The notes under the pieces were generated by a model. That model did not search any database and had not been told where the DNA came from. It saw nothing but the letters and a program-made list of their open reading frames with translations. Below, one piece after another: positions 1 through 13,479 of a stretch of 64,000 nucleotides of DNA. Position 1 is the first letter of the stretch, and every line of letters starts with the position of its first letter. The DNA is from Octopus sinensis (lineage: Eukaryota). The position numbers were made by a program, and so were the translations under genes. The stretch covers positions 53,506,001 to 53,570,000 of the forward strand of contig NC_043013.1 of NCBI RefSeq assembly GCF_006345805.1, read 5' to 3'.

Positions 1-66
1 ATTCATATATATACTCACACACATATTTTCGTACATTAGCATATATCTTTCCCTTTTTATAAGCAT

Positions 67-152
67 ATGTATATATATATATGTAGATGTGTATATGTGT
101 ATACAGACGTATATATATATACATATATATACATACACACACGCATAGATAC

Positions 153-183
<31 letters not shown>

Positions 184-330
184 CATATATTTATATATAT
201 ATATATACATATATACATACATATATATATACATATATATATATATATATGATATATATATTTAGGGTATATATGTATAATTTATATAAATATACATGCA
301 TATATATATATATATTTATATGCCTTTTTA
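67..330. repeat. (AT)n/(ATAC)n microsatellite cluster
   Basis: Direct reading; the overlapping YIYI-type ORFs are translations of this repeat. Confidence 0.95.
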
Positions 331-1444
331 TTATACACACGTGTGTATGTTTGATATCATGTGCTTGTGAGTGTTTCACGATAGAATTGTGTATGTGTAG
401 GTGTAATATTGAGAGACTAAAAGCTGTGTTTGTATTCAAGAAACACTCTACCGTATGCAATATAATTTGTCTATAGTTCCATAAAACACGATTTAGCAGC
501 AGAAATGGTGGAATTTCAAATGAAGCTCTTCCAAAATCTTTTACACGGAAAGTCTTTCTGAGATCAAACCACACCGAGCTCATTTTTGACTTTTCGTCCC
601 TCATGGGCTAATAAAATATTTTTGGAAATAATATAATTCACTCGAACTAAAAGGTGTTTGGTTTTACGTAAAGGAATTCAATAGTTTTCGAAAAACCCTT
701 CACCGCTATTGCTGCTGTTGCTGTTGTTACAGTTTTTGTTGCTGCTGTTGTTGTTGTAGTTGTTTTTTTATTGTTTTTATTGTAGTTTAACCCCTTTTCT
801 TAGTCTTTTTGTGCAGGTTTATAAGCAATGAATCCCAATTATACCCATCCTCTCTGTGAACGATATTTTGGTCTAATTGTCGAATGTGATCTTTCCTTAT
901 ATAGAACAATAGTTTATAATTTCAGAATGATTTGACTGTCATTTCTAGCTTGCATAGCAAACACCTATAAGCACAGTTGTTTGTTTTAGCCCTCCTTGGT
1001 TTAAGTCTGCCTTTATGTAATTCAATTTTCAGAATTCAAATTTCATCAACTTTCATGAAATACTCAAGAGTTTAAAAAATGAGTTAATATTGCAAGACAG
1101 AACGGATTTTCTTGTCTCTGCGAAACATCGAAGTTGCTGAAAAATAACCTTTGATAATTATCAGTTAAACGGTAAATAAGCGGGAAGTTTCTACCTTATG
1201 ACTCGATTTACTTGTTATAGCAGCGAAATCTTCCTCAGACCAAAGCCTTCAATCTTGATAAATGAAAACATATTGGACAATGTAGTGCAAGTTACAGAAA
1301 AAGAGGTGGGATAATTCTGGCTGGAAAACTTTTGGTCGTAGGCCAGTTTTATCACGACAGACAAGAAGTTATTCGTCATCAGCAACACCAATTAATTAAA
1401 TAGGATTTTACAGCGAGACATAAATATTTGTCTTAAATTTTGAC

Positions 1445-1620
1445 ACAAGGCCAGCAACTCTGGGGGAGGGGACAAGTGGATTATATCGACTCCAGGGTTC
1501 AACTACTACTTATTTTATCGATTCCAATAGCATGAAAGGCAAAGTCGATCTCGGCAGAATTTGAACCCAGAAATTCAAAACAGAAGAAATGCCGCCAAAC
1601 ATGCGATTTTTCCAGCTCTC
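1445..1620 (-). mobile_element. tRNA-derived SINE, family A (diverged copy)
   Basis: Reverse complement shows a B-box-like GGGTTCAAATT followed by the family core GCCGAGATCGACTTTGCCTTTCATGC..TCGATAAAATAAGTAG, shared with about 9 other copies in the window. Confidence 0.8.
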
Positions 1621-2639
1621 CTAATATGTGACCAAGGCCATAAAATTGACAGATGAGCCTCAGAATGTGACTGGTACTATACTTAATCAACTCCGGGAGA
1701 AATACTGCCCGATATTTTGTCCAAAGCCCTAAAGATTCTACTAAATCAAAACCTTTTAGCAACAAGAACAACTTTACGGGGTGGGGGCTTAAGTGATAGT
1801 CTTTGATTGGTAGTATATTTTATAGACTGTGCAAAGTTGAAAATATGGTAGGACTGGGATGTATTTCAACTGTAAATATAAAGAGCCTGTTTCAATACGG
1901 CAAGGCATTTCGTCTGGTGCTCTACCGATTCTGTCCTCCATCGCCATCCATTAACATAACATTTCCTATTTAACACACAAGTATGAATATGTAGAACGAA
2001 ATTATCAGAGCTGAAACGATTTATTTCTGAAAGAAAGACACAAGGAACCTCTAATTGATACAGCATTATAGATTGATTGCAGATCTCTGTTGCAGAGAAT
2101 TTAATCAGTTTAGATGGAGCATCGAAAAATAAAAAGAAAAACAATGTTACCCTATTTAAACCTGTTTACGAGGAAATGCAGACTGAATGTGCAGCTAGCG
2201 TAGTGAGCTGATAGCCTGCTTCCTCGATGTAATTCTGTTTTTCCGGTCGTGGTCGATAACCTACAGAGTGAGTGATAGACTCTGAAGCTGATTTCTCTTC
2301 CGCCGTAATAATCTGAAGACTATCTTCTCGGTGCTGACCCACTTAACCATTTACGATTTCAAAAGATATTTCCAATATTAAACGATTGACTGGAATACAG
2401 TTGGCGCACAATGTGATACAGCCTTCAATACCAATAATCATTAACAGAAAATTGCATTTGCTTTTGTTTTGTATTGATTACAAATGTCATTGCTGTTGTT
2501 GCTGTTGTTGTTGATGTTGTTGTTAGTAGTGGTGGCGTTGGCGGCGGTGGTGGTGGTGGTGGTGGTGGCGATGCTTGTACAGTTGTTGCTGTTATTGCTG
2601 TGGTTGTTATTTTTGTTGTTGGAATTGTTCTATACCTGC

Positions 2640-2810
2640 CGACGTCAGTCTTAACCAATCTGATCTGTTGATCAAAGCCTTTCCAACCATGACCATTCTG
2701 TGGGTTTTTTTTATTGAGCGAGCACTATGTTCTTCGTCCTGTTCTTTTATCATAGTGGTAGAATTTGACGTGAGGGAGACCTTGGCTGCTATTTCTCGAT
2801 TTCGTAAATG
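2640..2810 (+). repeat. Interspersed repeat family C ((GTT)n-TGATCAAAG..TTCCAACCATGAC..TTGGCTGCTATTTCT)
   Basis: Similar segments at 57020-57090 (+) and 36995-37190 (-); class unknown. Confidence 0.5.
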
Positions 2811-2998
2811 TAATAGCCAAAACACACCGCAAACATGAACCAAGTAAATACGAAATGTTAATTTCCTTAAATATTAGAATTAAGAATGTATTTTTTAAAT
2901 TATTATTTATACAAATGAGCCACGATGACAAAGAGTTTCGGAGCTGAAATAATTATTTAAGTTTTAATATAAGAAATAATTATTTAAGTTTCCAGAGA

Positions 2999-3197
2999 AG
3001 GCGGCGAGTTGCTGGTAGAAACGTTAGCAGTATTTCGTCTGTCTTTAGGGTTCTGAGTTCAAATTCCGCCGAGGTCGACTTTGTCTTTCATCCTTTCGGG
3101 GTCGATATATTTAGTAACATTTACGTGCTGAGGTCGATCTAATTGACTGGCCCCGTCCCCCAAAATTTTGGTATTTGTACCCTAGAGTAGAAAAGAA
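2999..3197 (+). mobile_element. tRNA-derived SINE, family A
   Basis: Head GGCGGCGAGTTGCTGGTAGAAACG, B box GAGTTCAAATT, core GCCGAGGTCGACTTTGTCTTTCATCCTTTCGGGGTCGAT. The core resembles, from memory, a Meta/Nin-type conserved SINE domain. Confidence 0.9.
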
Positions 3198-3206
3198 TAT
3201 AAAGCT

Positions 3207-3405
3207 GCGAGCTGACCAAAATAATTATGTTGGGAAGAAATAACTTGCGATATTTTTCCAGATTTTTGCATTCTGGGTTCAAATCCAGGCGACATCAGTT
3301 TTTCCTTTCATTTATCTGGGCTCGATAAAATAAAGTACCAGTCGAGTACTATAATCCAATTAATCAATCCTGCTCTCAGCCCTCTAGATATTGCTGACTT
3401 GCACC
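3207..3405 (+). mobile_element. tRNA-derived SINE, family A (older copy, tandem to the previous one)
   Basis: GGGTTCAAATCC B box; TTTTCCTTTCATTTATCTGGGCTCGATAAAATAAAGTACCAG core. Confidence 0.75.
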
Positions 3406-5156
3406 TAAATTTCTTTCGGTTTTGATGTCTACCAATGAAGATCCTCTCCCAACAGTCAACTGAAATTTGGCATTATGCTGTTGTAACGGAAATGACAGGT
3501 AAATGCTTACTTCTCTAATTTGAAAATGGAATTTGACACAAGGTATTTCATATATTTAAAGATATTATCAACTCCCTCCATTAGTAAACTTTATAGAAGC
3601 TTGACTCTTGAGTCAATTTGATAAAAATAAAAATTTATGATGATTTGGCGATTTTAGTAAATTGAACAGAATTCTCCAGAGCTGATACTGTTAGCTTCAA
3701 TTCTCGGTGAATAGAAGCCAGTCTCTTAAATATTGCTTTCACTGTGAAATGGATGTTATTATGGACAGACAAAAAAATAGAAAAACATCGAGAGTTACCG
3801 ATTAGAGGATCATTTAATTGCATAGAAGAGCGATTGGGAGCGGTGTGGAGTGATAAAGGTAATTCTTAGTGTTCTGGTGGTGCAATGAAGATACAAGCTC
3901 CAAAGATTGGAGAAGATAATATGAGGCAATAAAATCGAACTGAAATTTTACATTCCCTCTGATATTAACCTTTTCTCACGGATCTTTATTACATTAGTCG
4001 GATAATGAAAATGGCGGACATCGGGGAAAAGTGTCCCAGTTGACGTTTACTTTTAATTGATTTATTAGTGAACGATGCGAAAGGTTTACGCTTTAATTAA
4101 AATATTCTTTCCTTTCATTTCAAATAAATACTTCAGTTGAAAAAGAGAGAGAAAAAATAAACGTTGAGAGGAGAAAGCATCTTCTAACTATATATATTTC
4201 CCCTTACGTGTAACCTCTTTCGTTCACTCTGTAACCTTTAAAACATTAACGGATATTATCCGATGTCACTTAAGATTTTAAGAATCGTACTGTAGGGAAT
4301 TGCTTTGTAAGAGACTCTTTGATCTTATCAAACACATTCTGCAATATAAATGTTGGAGAAAATTTACTGACTTGGCACTGATCATATTACAATTTCACAA
4401 CATATAATCTGATGGTGTTTGTTAGAAAATCTTCTGCAAAGAAAGACAAATAAATCTTATATATCGATTACCTACTTTCGATGTTTGATTTACCAGTCCA
4501 ATGTAGTACCATCGACAAATAAAACACCCTAAATATTCATGGAGTTTCATTTTAGCTACCAAATTGACTTTCCGTACCAAATTCTGTACCAGATTTCTCC
4601 GAAAACATTTTCATTAAAACTGTAGGCTGGTTCCACCATTAACCTAAACATTATTCTTCTAAATTACATTTAACATTTTTGATCTATTTCGTCATCGCAT
4701 CGTGGTGGAGTCAGGGAAACGCTTAAGATACACACGAACTGTTGTAAATACATTTTTCTTGTATATATTTTATGGAATATTAGAAATCAAAACCTTTCGT
4801 CAGATATTTAGGATATGGATTGTAATCCTACGGCTAGTGAAACCATGTGAGTGAAATTGAGTAGAAGGAAACTGTAATGAAGTCCATCAAGTGACTACAC
4901 CTGAAATTCAAATTGCAAGCTTTCTTACTTTACATTACACCCACCGATTCTGTTTGAAAATTATATTGACGACACATAAGTATACAGAATATTCGGCCAC
5001 TTATACTAGAATTCAGCGAGTAAGTTTGCTAGGGCTAAGAAATAAGGGTGGTATGTGTGTATTATTGAAACTGCGGTTGAATAATTGCAAATACACTGCA
5101 CGAAAACATTAATGTTGTATAAATCTAATGTAATCTATATTCTCAAATATTCACGT

Positions 5157-5372
5157 AACTGGCAGAACCGTTGATTCGCCGAACGAAATGCTTAGCGGCA
5201 TTTCATCCGAATTTACATTCTGAGTTCAAATTCTGCCGTGATCAGCTTTGCCTTTCATCTTTTTGATGACTCTGACATAAGTAGCAGCCAGGCACTGGGG
5301 TCGAGGTAATCGACTTACACCTCTTCTAAAATTCCAGGCCTTCTCTGTCCAATAGTAGAAAGAATTATTAAG
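5157..5372 (+). mobile_element. tRNA-derived SINE, family A
   Basis: CTGGCAGAACCG..GAGTTCAAATT..TTTGCCTTTCATC..GGGGTCGAGGTAATCGAC. Confidence 0.85.
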
Positions 5373-5759
5373 TATCCAAGTCTTTTTTTTTTATCATACA
5401 TCTACTGTTTATTGCTACAACTCTTTCCTTAGTGATGCAAACTATTTACTTATTTATAGTCTCTGTGGTTTGTTAAAGTCAATAATTTTTTACAGCCACT
5501 CAACAACGATCAAACTGTTGTAGTTTAAACATACGTTCTCACTAAACAACCATTACAACTTAAGAATGTGTTAAATAATATTCACCATCAAACATTCCCA
5601 CTGGACATCTGCCTTAAATATTAAATATGTTACGTTATTTATCGCTAATAATATAATATAACTTTATATAATCGATCAGAAAGTTTAGAGCCGTCAGCGC
5701 TGGCATTGAAAAAATAAAACAAGTTCTGTGTTTATATGATTTTCTCTCTACAGTATGAG

Positions 5760-5962
5760 CGCTGGCATGAGTGTGTGATTAAGAAGCTCGCCATGAAACC
5801 ACATGGTTTTCGGTTCGGTCCTGCTACACGGCTCTCTGGGGCAAGTGTCTTCTACTATACTCTCAAATCGACCAATTATTTGTGAGAGTTCATTAGACGG
5901 AAAACTTGGGAACCAGTCATATATATATGTATAAATTTATATGTGTGTGTGTGTGTGTGTGC

Positions 5963-5999
<37 letters not shown>

Positions 6000-6145
6000 C
6001 ACTCAAATATATATGTGGGAGGTATGGTTTTATGTGTATTAGTGTTTGGCAAACACACTCTAAAGCTTGACAACCGGTGATGGTTTGTTTGATTCCCCGG
6101 AATATAGTGCTTCAGCAAAAGATACCGATAAAATAAGAACCACAT
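5760..6145 (+). mobile_element. tRNA-derived CORE-like SINE, family B (diverged)
   Basis: GGGCAAGTGTCTTCTACTATA core, internal (GT)n and TTGACAACCGGTG segment match the copies at 24087 and 46145. Confidence 0.75.
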
Positions 6146-6699
6146 TGAAAACAAAATGTCATAGGAATTCTAATGACATTGGCTATTTAATTTATGGTCA
6201 GTCGTTTGTTATCCAACACCGTGTGGTGAACACGATCAATGTTCTCATCGGGCTGGCTGTTGCAGGACGTCTAGACCTCGGGTCATCTTCTTGACTCTCC
6301 CATCCTCTCCAAAGTTCAGCTGCCCAGTGCAAAGCAATGCAATGATAGAAAGTCGATAACTGATAAAAGATAAAATATTTCGATTCTTATTAATTAACTT
6401 AGAGGACAACATCGACCTTGCTTCGAGGGAAAACTGAAGCGAGTTCGAACTCAATCTACGGTGCCTAAAGGATACATTTTCGTAGGTTAGTGATTTGTCT
6501 AAACGTTTACAATCAACTTTGCTTATGCAAGAAGTAGCATTCCTTATCACTGTGTTTTGAGTCTTGGGTCGGGAGGCGAACGAAAATTATCCGGTTTCGG
6601 CTGTTTCAACATTGCAGTACTCCGTGGCTTTTGTGAGATCTGGTTGTCATTTCTAGAAGGCCATGTAGGCGCTTCTTCGTTGGCTCGTTATCAGCAACA

Positions 6700-6790
6700 T
6701 TATCTTCACCGTCATCACAATCATCCTCATCATCATCATCCTCATCATCATCATCATCATCATCATCATCACCATCATCACCACCACCAA

Positions 6791-6828
<38 letters not shown>

Positions 6829-6904
6829 CCACCACCAACATCATCATCATCATCATCACCACCATCAACATCATCATCATCATCACCATCATCACCACCA
6901 CCAA

Positions 6905-6945
<41 letters not shown>

Positions 6946-6955
6946 CCACCACCAA

Positions 6956-6996
<41 letters not shown>

Positions 6997-7295
6997 CCAC
7001 CATCATCACCACCACCAACATCATCATCATCCTCGCCAGCAACAGCATCAGCATTATCTACATTGCCATGATCATCACATTCAGCATCTTAACTATCACC
7101 ATTATTCGCATCACAACCACCATCGTCATCACCATCATCATCATCACCACTATAATCATCATCAACATCGTCATCATCATCGTCGTCATTATCATCATCA
7201 TTATCGTCGTCGTCGTCATCATCATCATCATAATCATCATCATCATCATCATCGTCATCATCATCACCACCATCATCATCATCATAAACATCGTC
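6700..7295. repeat. (CAT)n/(CAC)n compound microsatellite
   Basis: Direct reading; recurrent CACCACCACCAACAT interruptions. Confidence 0.95.
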
Positions 7296-7723
7296 TCCGC
7301 GCTCATCATATTTGTCGCCATGAAACTACTGGAGATGACAACGGAGTTGGTGTTGGCGCAGATATCGAAGGCGGGGTGTTGGTGGTGGTAGTAAGGGGTT
7401 GTGGTAGGGGTTGGATGGTAGAGGTGGTAGTGTGTATAATGGCGAAGATGAAGTGGAGGCCGTTGAGGGATCGATGATGACTCTCGACAATGTGGTGGTG
7501 GTGGTGGTGGTTTTGGTGAGGGCGGTGGGAATTTTGGTAAGAGGATGGAGGAGACGTTGATTATGGTATGGCACTGGCGTTAGCATTGGCGTTGTTCTGT
7601 GTTTATGGAAGCTGTGTTGATGGTGATTACATTCAGGGCGGTAAAAATGTTCGTCGATGGCGCTGAAGCATTAATCCAGCTTTCTCAATACGCACTGTAG
7701 AAATAAGCTTATTTTACATTATG

Positions 7724-7793
<70 letters not shown>

Positions 7794-8008
7794 GGACACT
7801 CTCCGAAAGCCATTTGTAATATGGCGGACATTTTTCACAATACTAATGTCTTCAATTTAGCCGAGAATTAAAAGGGAGACGGAACACGCTCGTAGTTTTC
7901 AATATAGCTTTTAATTATATCGCCATTTTGGTGGTTGTTTATGTGATTTAGAAGTGCAAATTATTTATGCTTCTTTCTTCCTCTCTCGTCGTCGCATACA
8001 TACATACA

Positions 8009-8044
<36 letters not shown>

Positions 8045-8122
8045 TATGTGTATGTATGTATGTATGTATGTATGTATGTATGTATGTATATATGTATGTA
8101 TGTATATCTACACATGTATATA

Positions 8123-8162
<40 letters not shown>

Positions 8163-8755
8163 TCCGGTTTTCTGTTAGTGTATTTTCCAGCCACTCTCTT
8201 TTACTCATACTTTCTTTTATTTTTTCTCTTGCTCTCTCCCTCTCTCTCTCGTTCGAAATCCGATAATATCGGACAGACATTTTCTCTCCTAGCTTTCTAT
8301 CGATCGAACCACCGTCGTATAATGCCACTAACGCCCTTATGACTACCAAAGTGTTTTTATTTTAATACTTCTCGCAGAAATCCTTCCAAATCTTATTCAA
8401 TTCTCGGTCATGCATTCGTGAAATTCTTCATAAAGTCTGCGCAACCCATTTTACCGGGTTTCACTCACCGTGAAATTATTTTATTGTGGAAACACAAGAC
8501 TAGTAAACTCTCGCCGCAATCCACGAGGATTATTAAATAACTGACGCAACTTGCTCTCCATTAATATTTCTGTAAATATTCATTTATGCGCAAAAAGGCA
8601 ATGGGATTTTCAATATTTTTCTTCGATTATCTTTATGTATGTATGTACGTAGTACGTACTTATGTATTTACGTACGTACATATGTATGTAAGTACGGTTG
8701 AATGTTTGTATGTACATACGTATGTATGCATTTATGTATGTATGTATGTATGTAT

Positions 8756-8830
8756 GATTCTAAGTTTGCATAAGTGTATATCTGAGTGACTGCTTGTGTC
8801 GATGTCGATACGTGTATATGCGTACGTGTC

Positions 8831-8890
<60 letters not shown>

Positions 8891-8898
8891 CACAGAGA

Positions 8899-8941
<43 letters not shown>

Positions 8942-9020
8942 CAGAGACACGTACGCATATACACGTATCGACATCGACACAAGCAGTCACTCAGATATAC
9001 ACTTATGCAAACTTAGAATC
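8756..9020. repeat. Fold-back inverted repeat, 80-bp arms (8756-8835 / 8941-9020) around (AT)n
   Basis: GATTCTAAGTTTGCATAAG...GTGTCTCTGT is the reverse complement of ACAGAGACAC...CTTATGCAAACTTAGAATC. Confidence 0.93.
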
Positions 9021-9054
<34 letters not shown>

Positions 9055-9086
9055 TTGTATGTAAATATATATATATATATTTACAT

Positions 9087-9128
<42 letters not shown>

Positions 9129-9564
9129 ATGTATGTATGTATGTGTTTATATGCACATGTATCTATCTATGTATCGCTCTCGCTCCGCTCTCTCCTTCTC
9201 TCCCTGTATATATGTATGTATATATATATATATATGTTTGCATGTGTGTGTGTGTGTATGTATGTGTGTGCATGCGAATATGTAATTAATATTTCCAAGT
9301 TTATAACTCAGTAACAATTTGTTAAGACATGGAAGGTGGGTGGAGGTTTCACAGGCAAATAATTTCCACAAACGCGATAAAGCAGCAGTATGTGCACACA
9401 TACAGACATGTATATACATATATATATTCGTCTCTCTGTCCCCACAATCTCTCCCCCTCTTCATTTTCTCTCTCTCCTCTTTATTTCTCTCTCTCTATTA
9501 TCTATAGTAGTGTGTGCAGTTTGCAGCTGCATCTATATATATATGCGCATATATATATATAAAT

Positions 9565-9645
<81 letters not shown>

Positions 9646-9657
9646 GTATATAGATAT

Positions 9658-9704
<47 letters not shown>

Positions 9705-9967
9705 TAGATAGATAGATAGATAAATCGATGGGAAATGTCATGTGTGTGAGGTTTGAGTGTGGGGATGTGGATTATGGTATATGGATCCCTAATTTCCAAA
9801 TCCTAAAACTTTTACCCGTAAATATTATTTCACTCCCTACCTATCACATTTTTAAAAACTATCACGCCACTTCTATAATTTCCTTAATCTCTCTCTCCCT
9901 CTCTCTCCCTCTCTCTCTCCCTCTCTCTCTTTCCCTTTCTCTCTCCCTCTCTCTCCCTCCCTCTCTT

Positions 9968-9998
<31 letters not shown>

Positions 9999-10638
9999 AA
10001 CTATCTATCTGTCTATCATCTCATTCTCTTTTGTTCTCTCCAGGATACACGTTTTAAGTTCGCGTGCGTATATATAAGACTGTGTGGTTGTTTGTGTATG
10101 CACAAGTATGTGTGCGTATACATACATATATACATATATATATATGCGTGTGTGTGTGTGTGTGTGTGTGTTTGTGTGTGTGCGTGTCTGTGTGTGTGTG
10201 TGTGTGTACAGTTTTATTTATGTATGTGTGCGTGTGTGTGTATACGTAAATACTGACATATTTTGGGCATTCTTTGACATATACTCCTAACGATAAATCT
10301 CTCAATTTTCTTTTCTACGCACAGTTTCATATACACATGCACACATACACTCACGCGCTCGCATACGCACATCCGCGTACGATCTATGCTTTGTCACAAA
10401 GAATTTTTTCTCTTATTTTCCGCCTCTCCTTATTTTTGTCTTATTTTCTTTTCGCGACTCTTCTCTCTCGCTCTCAATTTGTCTCACTCGTTCTCACTAT
10501 CCCTCCCTATCTCTGTCTTCCTCTCTATGTATTCTCTTCATCGTTTTATCTATCTCTTCTCTCTCATTGCTCATCAATTTATGCATTTATCTGTCAATCT
10601 ATCTATTTCTCAATTTCTGTCTATCTATCTATCTATCG

Positions 10639-10698
<60 letters not shown>

Positions 10699-10746
10699 GC
10701 CTATCTATCTATCAATTTATCTATCTGTCCATTTATCCTCTTAGTT

Positions 10747-11068
10747 ATCTATTTGTCTGTCAATTTCTCTAGCTGTCAAACTATATGTCTATCTACCGAT
10801 CTATTTGTCTGTCAATCTCTCTAGCTGTCAAACTATGTGTCAATCTACCGATCTATTTGTCTGTCAATTTCTCTAGCTGTCAAACTATATGTCTATCTAC
10901 CGATCTATTTGTCTGTCAATCTCTCTAGCTGTCAAACTATGTGTCAATCTACCGATCTATTTGTCTGTCAATCTCTCTAGCTGTCAAACTGTGTCAATCC
11001 ACCGATCTATTTGTTTGTCAATATCTCTCGCTGTCAAACTATGTGTCAATCTATCGATCTATTTGTCT
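10747..11068. repeat. 52-bp minisatellite, 6 units plus a partial unit
   Basis: Units start at 10747, 10799, 10851, 10903, 10955, 11005 and 11057 (ATCTATTTGTCTGTCAAT..CTAGCTGTCAAACT..CTACCG). Confidence 0.95.
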
Positions 11069-12146
11069 GCCTCTACATCCAGCTATCTCGCCCTCTATCG
11101 ACTTACATCTAAATCTTTCTATCACCCAATGCACCTATCCATTAATCTATCTGTCTACCTATCTATCCATCTATTCGCCAAACTATGTGACTACTTAGCA
11201 ATCCCTGTATGTCAGTAACCACATACCTACCGATATTTCTATCTTTCAATCTATTTAAGTATGTACCTACCTTTCTAGCAATCCATCAATCTAGCTATCT
11301 CCCTGGTGCCACAACCCATCATTCTATCTATCTCTCCGTTGCTACATATGTCTTTTCTTGTTCACTCCAATCGTCCAACGTAAAATCTACAAATGGAATG
11401 CGCAGCTTTTCAAAATCTTCTCAATTTCAAATTGCGGTCTTGGTATATGTTAGTCTCCGCCATCACTCGGCAAAACTTTAAAACTACTTAATCCATCCCA
11501 GCCCACCCTGCCTCATCTATCATTTTAACATAATCAGAAAGAATATTAGAGCTTTTTGTTTGTTTGTTTTTTCTATTTTGCTTCTGAAATATCTTCAACA
11601 AATTTTCATCATAGCTTCCGTTTTCCGAAAGAAATCCGCCAGATTTTCTCTTTTACACAACAATTGCATCAGTTTACATCATTTTAGAATCTTTTACTAA
11701 ATGGAAAACCAAATAAAAGAAACTAAAACTAATAGAATGCTAAAATATTTAAATAGTTCTTCATTATTTTTTCCCATTCAATCCAAATGGAAGAATAATG
11801 TTCCTGCTTCAGTGATAGGTTTGTTTATTCTTTATTACCATTACACATAAGTAATGGATTTACTTTGAATTCGTTCAAATGAGAACAAATACAGTATTTC
11901 CGTGTTGAAATCCTCGTAATCATATAATCATCCAAAACTTCGGATACACGATAATGTCGGTGTCTTGTGTGTGTGTGTGTGTGTATGTGTGTGTGCGTGT
12001 GTGTGTGTTTGTGTGCGTGTGTGCGTGTGTGTGTGTTTGTGTGTGTGTGTTTGCGTGTGCGAGTGTGTGTGTTTTATGTATGTAGGTATATATATATATA
12101 TAGATAGATATAAATAGATAGATAGATAAATAGATTACATATATAT

Positions 12147-12209
<63 letters not shown>

Positions 12210-12245
12210 TGTATATATACATATATATGTATACATATATACATA

Positions 12246-12307
<62 letters not shown>

Positions 12308-12433
12308 ATATAACATAACGAGACGAAGGGCGTCGTGTGTTTATTTTTCTATCCATCGATTGATCTATGTATGTTACAATGTGTGTGTGTATGTATGCAA
12401 ATATATATACACACACACAGACATATATATATG

Positions 12434-12471
<38 letters not shown>

Positions 12472-12473
12472 AT

Positions 12474-12545
12474 AAGGGTTTAGCAACGAGTTGCCTTACC
12501 ACATACCGAATTTAGAAATAGCAGTCAAAGGGTTATAGCTATTTA
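12474..12545 (-). mobile_element. Fragment of the 583-nt hammerhead-element family
   Basis: TAAGGGTTTAGCAACGAGTTGCCTTACCACATACCGAATTTAGAAATAGCAGTCAAAGGGTTATAG is nearly identical to 61751-61816. Confidence 0.85.
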
Positions 12546-12723
12546 AGTAATATATATATTGATAGATAGATAGATAGATAGATACACAAATGCATTCATG
12601 TAAGTATAAATACTCATGTGTATGAAGATGTGTATAAATATATGAGATATGTATGTATTATACTTGCATGTGTGTCATATATACACATACTCGTGTGTGT
12701 GTGTACGTATACATATGTATGGA

Positions 12724-12965
12724 CAAGGCGGTGATCTGGCAGAAGCGGCACACGCCGGGCGAAATGCTTAGCGGTATTTCGTCTGCCGTTACGTTCTGTG
12801 TTCAAATTCCGCCGAGGTCGACTTTGTCTTTCATCCTTTCGGGGTCAATTAAATAAGTACCAGTTACGCACTGTGGTCGACATAATCGACTTAATCCCTT
12901 TGTCTCTCCTTGATTGTCCCCTTTATGATTCCCCCACCCCCACCCGTGGGCAATAAAGAAATCAA
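12724..12965 (+). mobile_element. tRNA-derived SINE, family A (near full length)
   Basis: CTGGCAGAAGCGGCACACGCCGGGCGAAATGCTTAGCGG, B box GTGTTCAAATT, core, and 3' end GTGGGCAATAAAGAAAT. Confidence 0.92.
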
Positions 12966-13479
12966 TATGTATACATATGTATGTACGTATGTATATATTC
13001 TAGTATCACCTTTAGTCTTTATTTCACGTAATTCAGCAATTCCATAATCAACAACACTAATCCTTCCTGTGTACACCTTTAAACATTACTTTAGTAATTC
13101 TCTCATCAGGGCTTCACGTACAGGCGTAAAGTCTGTATTTCGCTGATAAGATTCTATAAAGCTGAAACCTATCAGAAATTGTGTCCTTTGCTGAAATAGC
13201 AAAAATTATATTGTTATCCCGTAATCATTTCTAATTAACTTTTTGATTGCGCCTACTTTCATTATATGAACAATGAGAGTGATTGAACTTTCTAATTGAC
13301 TGATTAAATAATTATGCCTAATAAACCTATTTAACATTCCCTAAATTAAACATTAACCACATTACAAAATATTGTGATAATGATAATAAGATAATCCCGG
13401 CTGATCAAGGATGAAAGCTCGCCACTAATAATCTCGAAGACAATTATCAAATCACCATTATTGATGGTGAGCAGAGCTG

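Noticed and set aside
2081-2209. Possible short coding exon after TTGCAG (ISVAENLISLDGAS...)
   Set aside because: No recognisable protein similarity and no partner exons; cannot be supported without transcript data.
6557-7477. 306-aa poly-histidine ORF
   Set aside because: It is a translation of a (CAT)n/(CAC)n microsatellite that is open in several frames on both strands. It starts at TTG and has no domain or splice evidence.
10747-11068. CRISPR-like array
   Set aside because: The units are contiguous with no unique spacers, there are no cas genes, and the context is eukaryotic.
13062-13112. Hammerhead-like CTGATGA followed by an ATTAC/GTAAT hairpin on the minus strand
   Set aside because: There is no GAAA and no convincing stem I; at best a heavily decayed relic.
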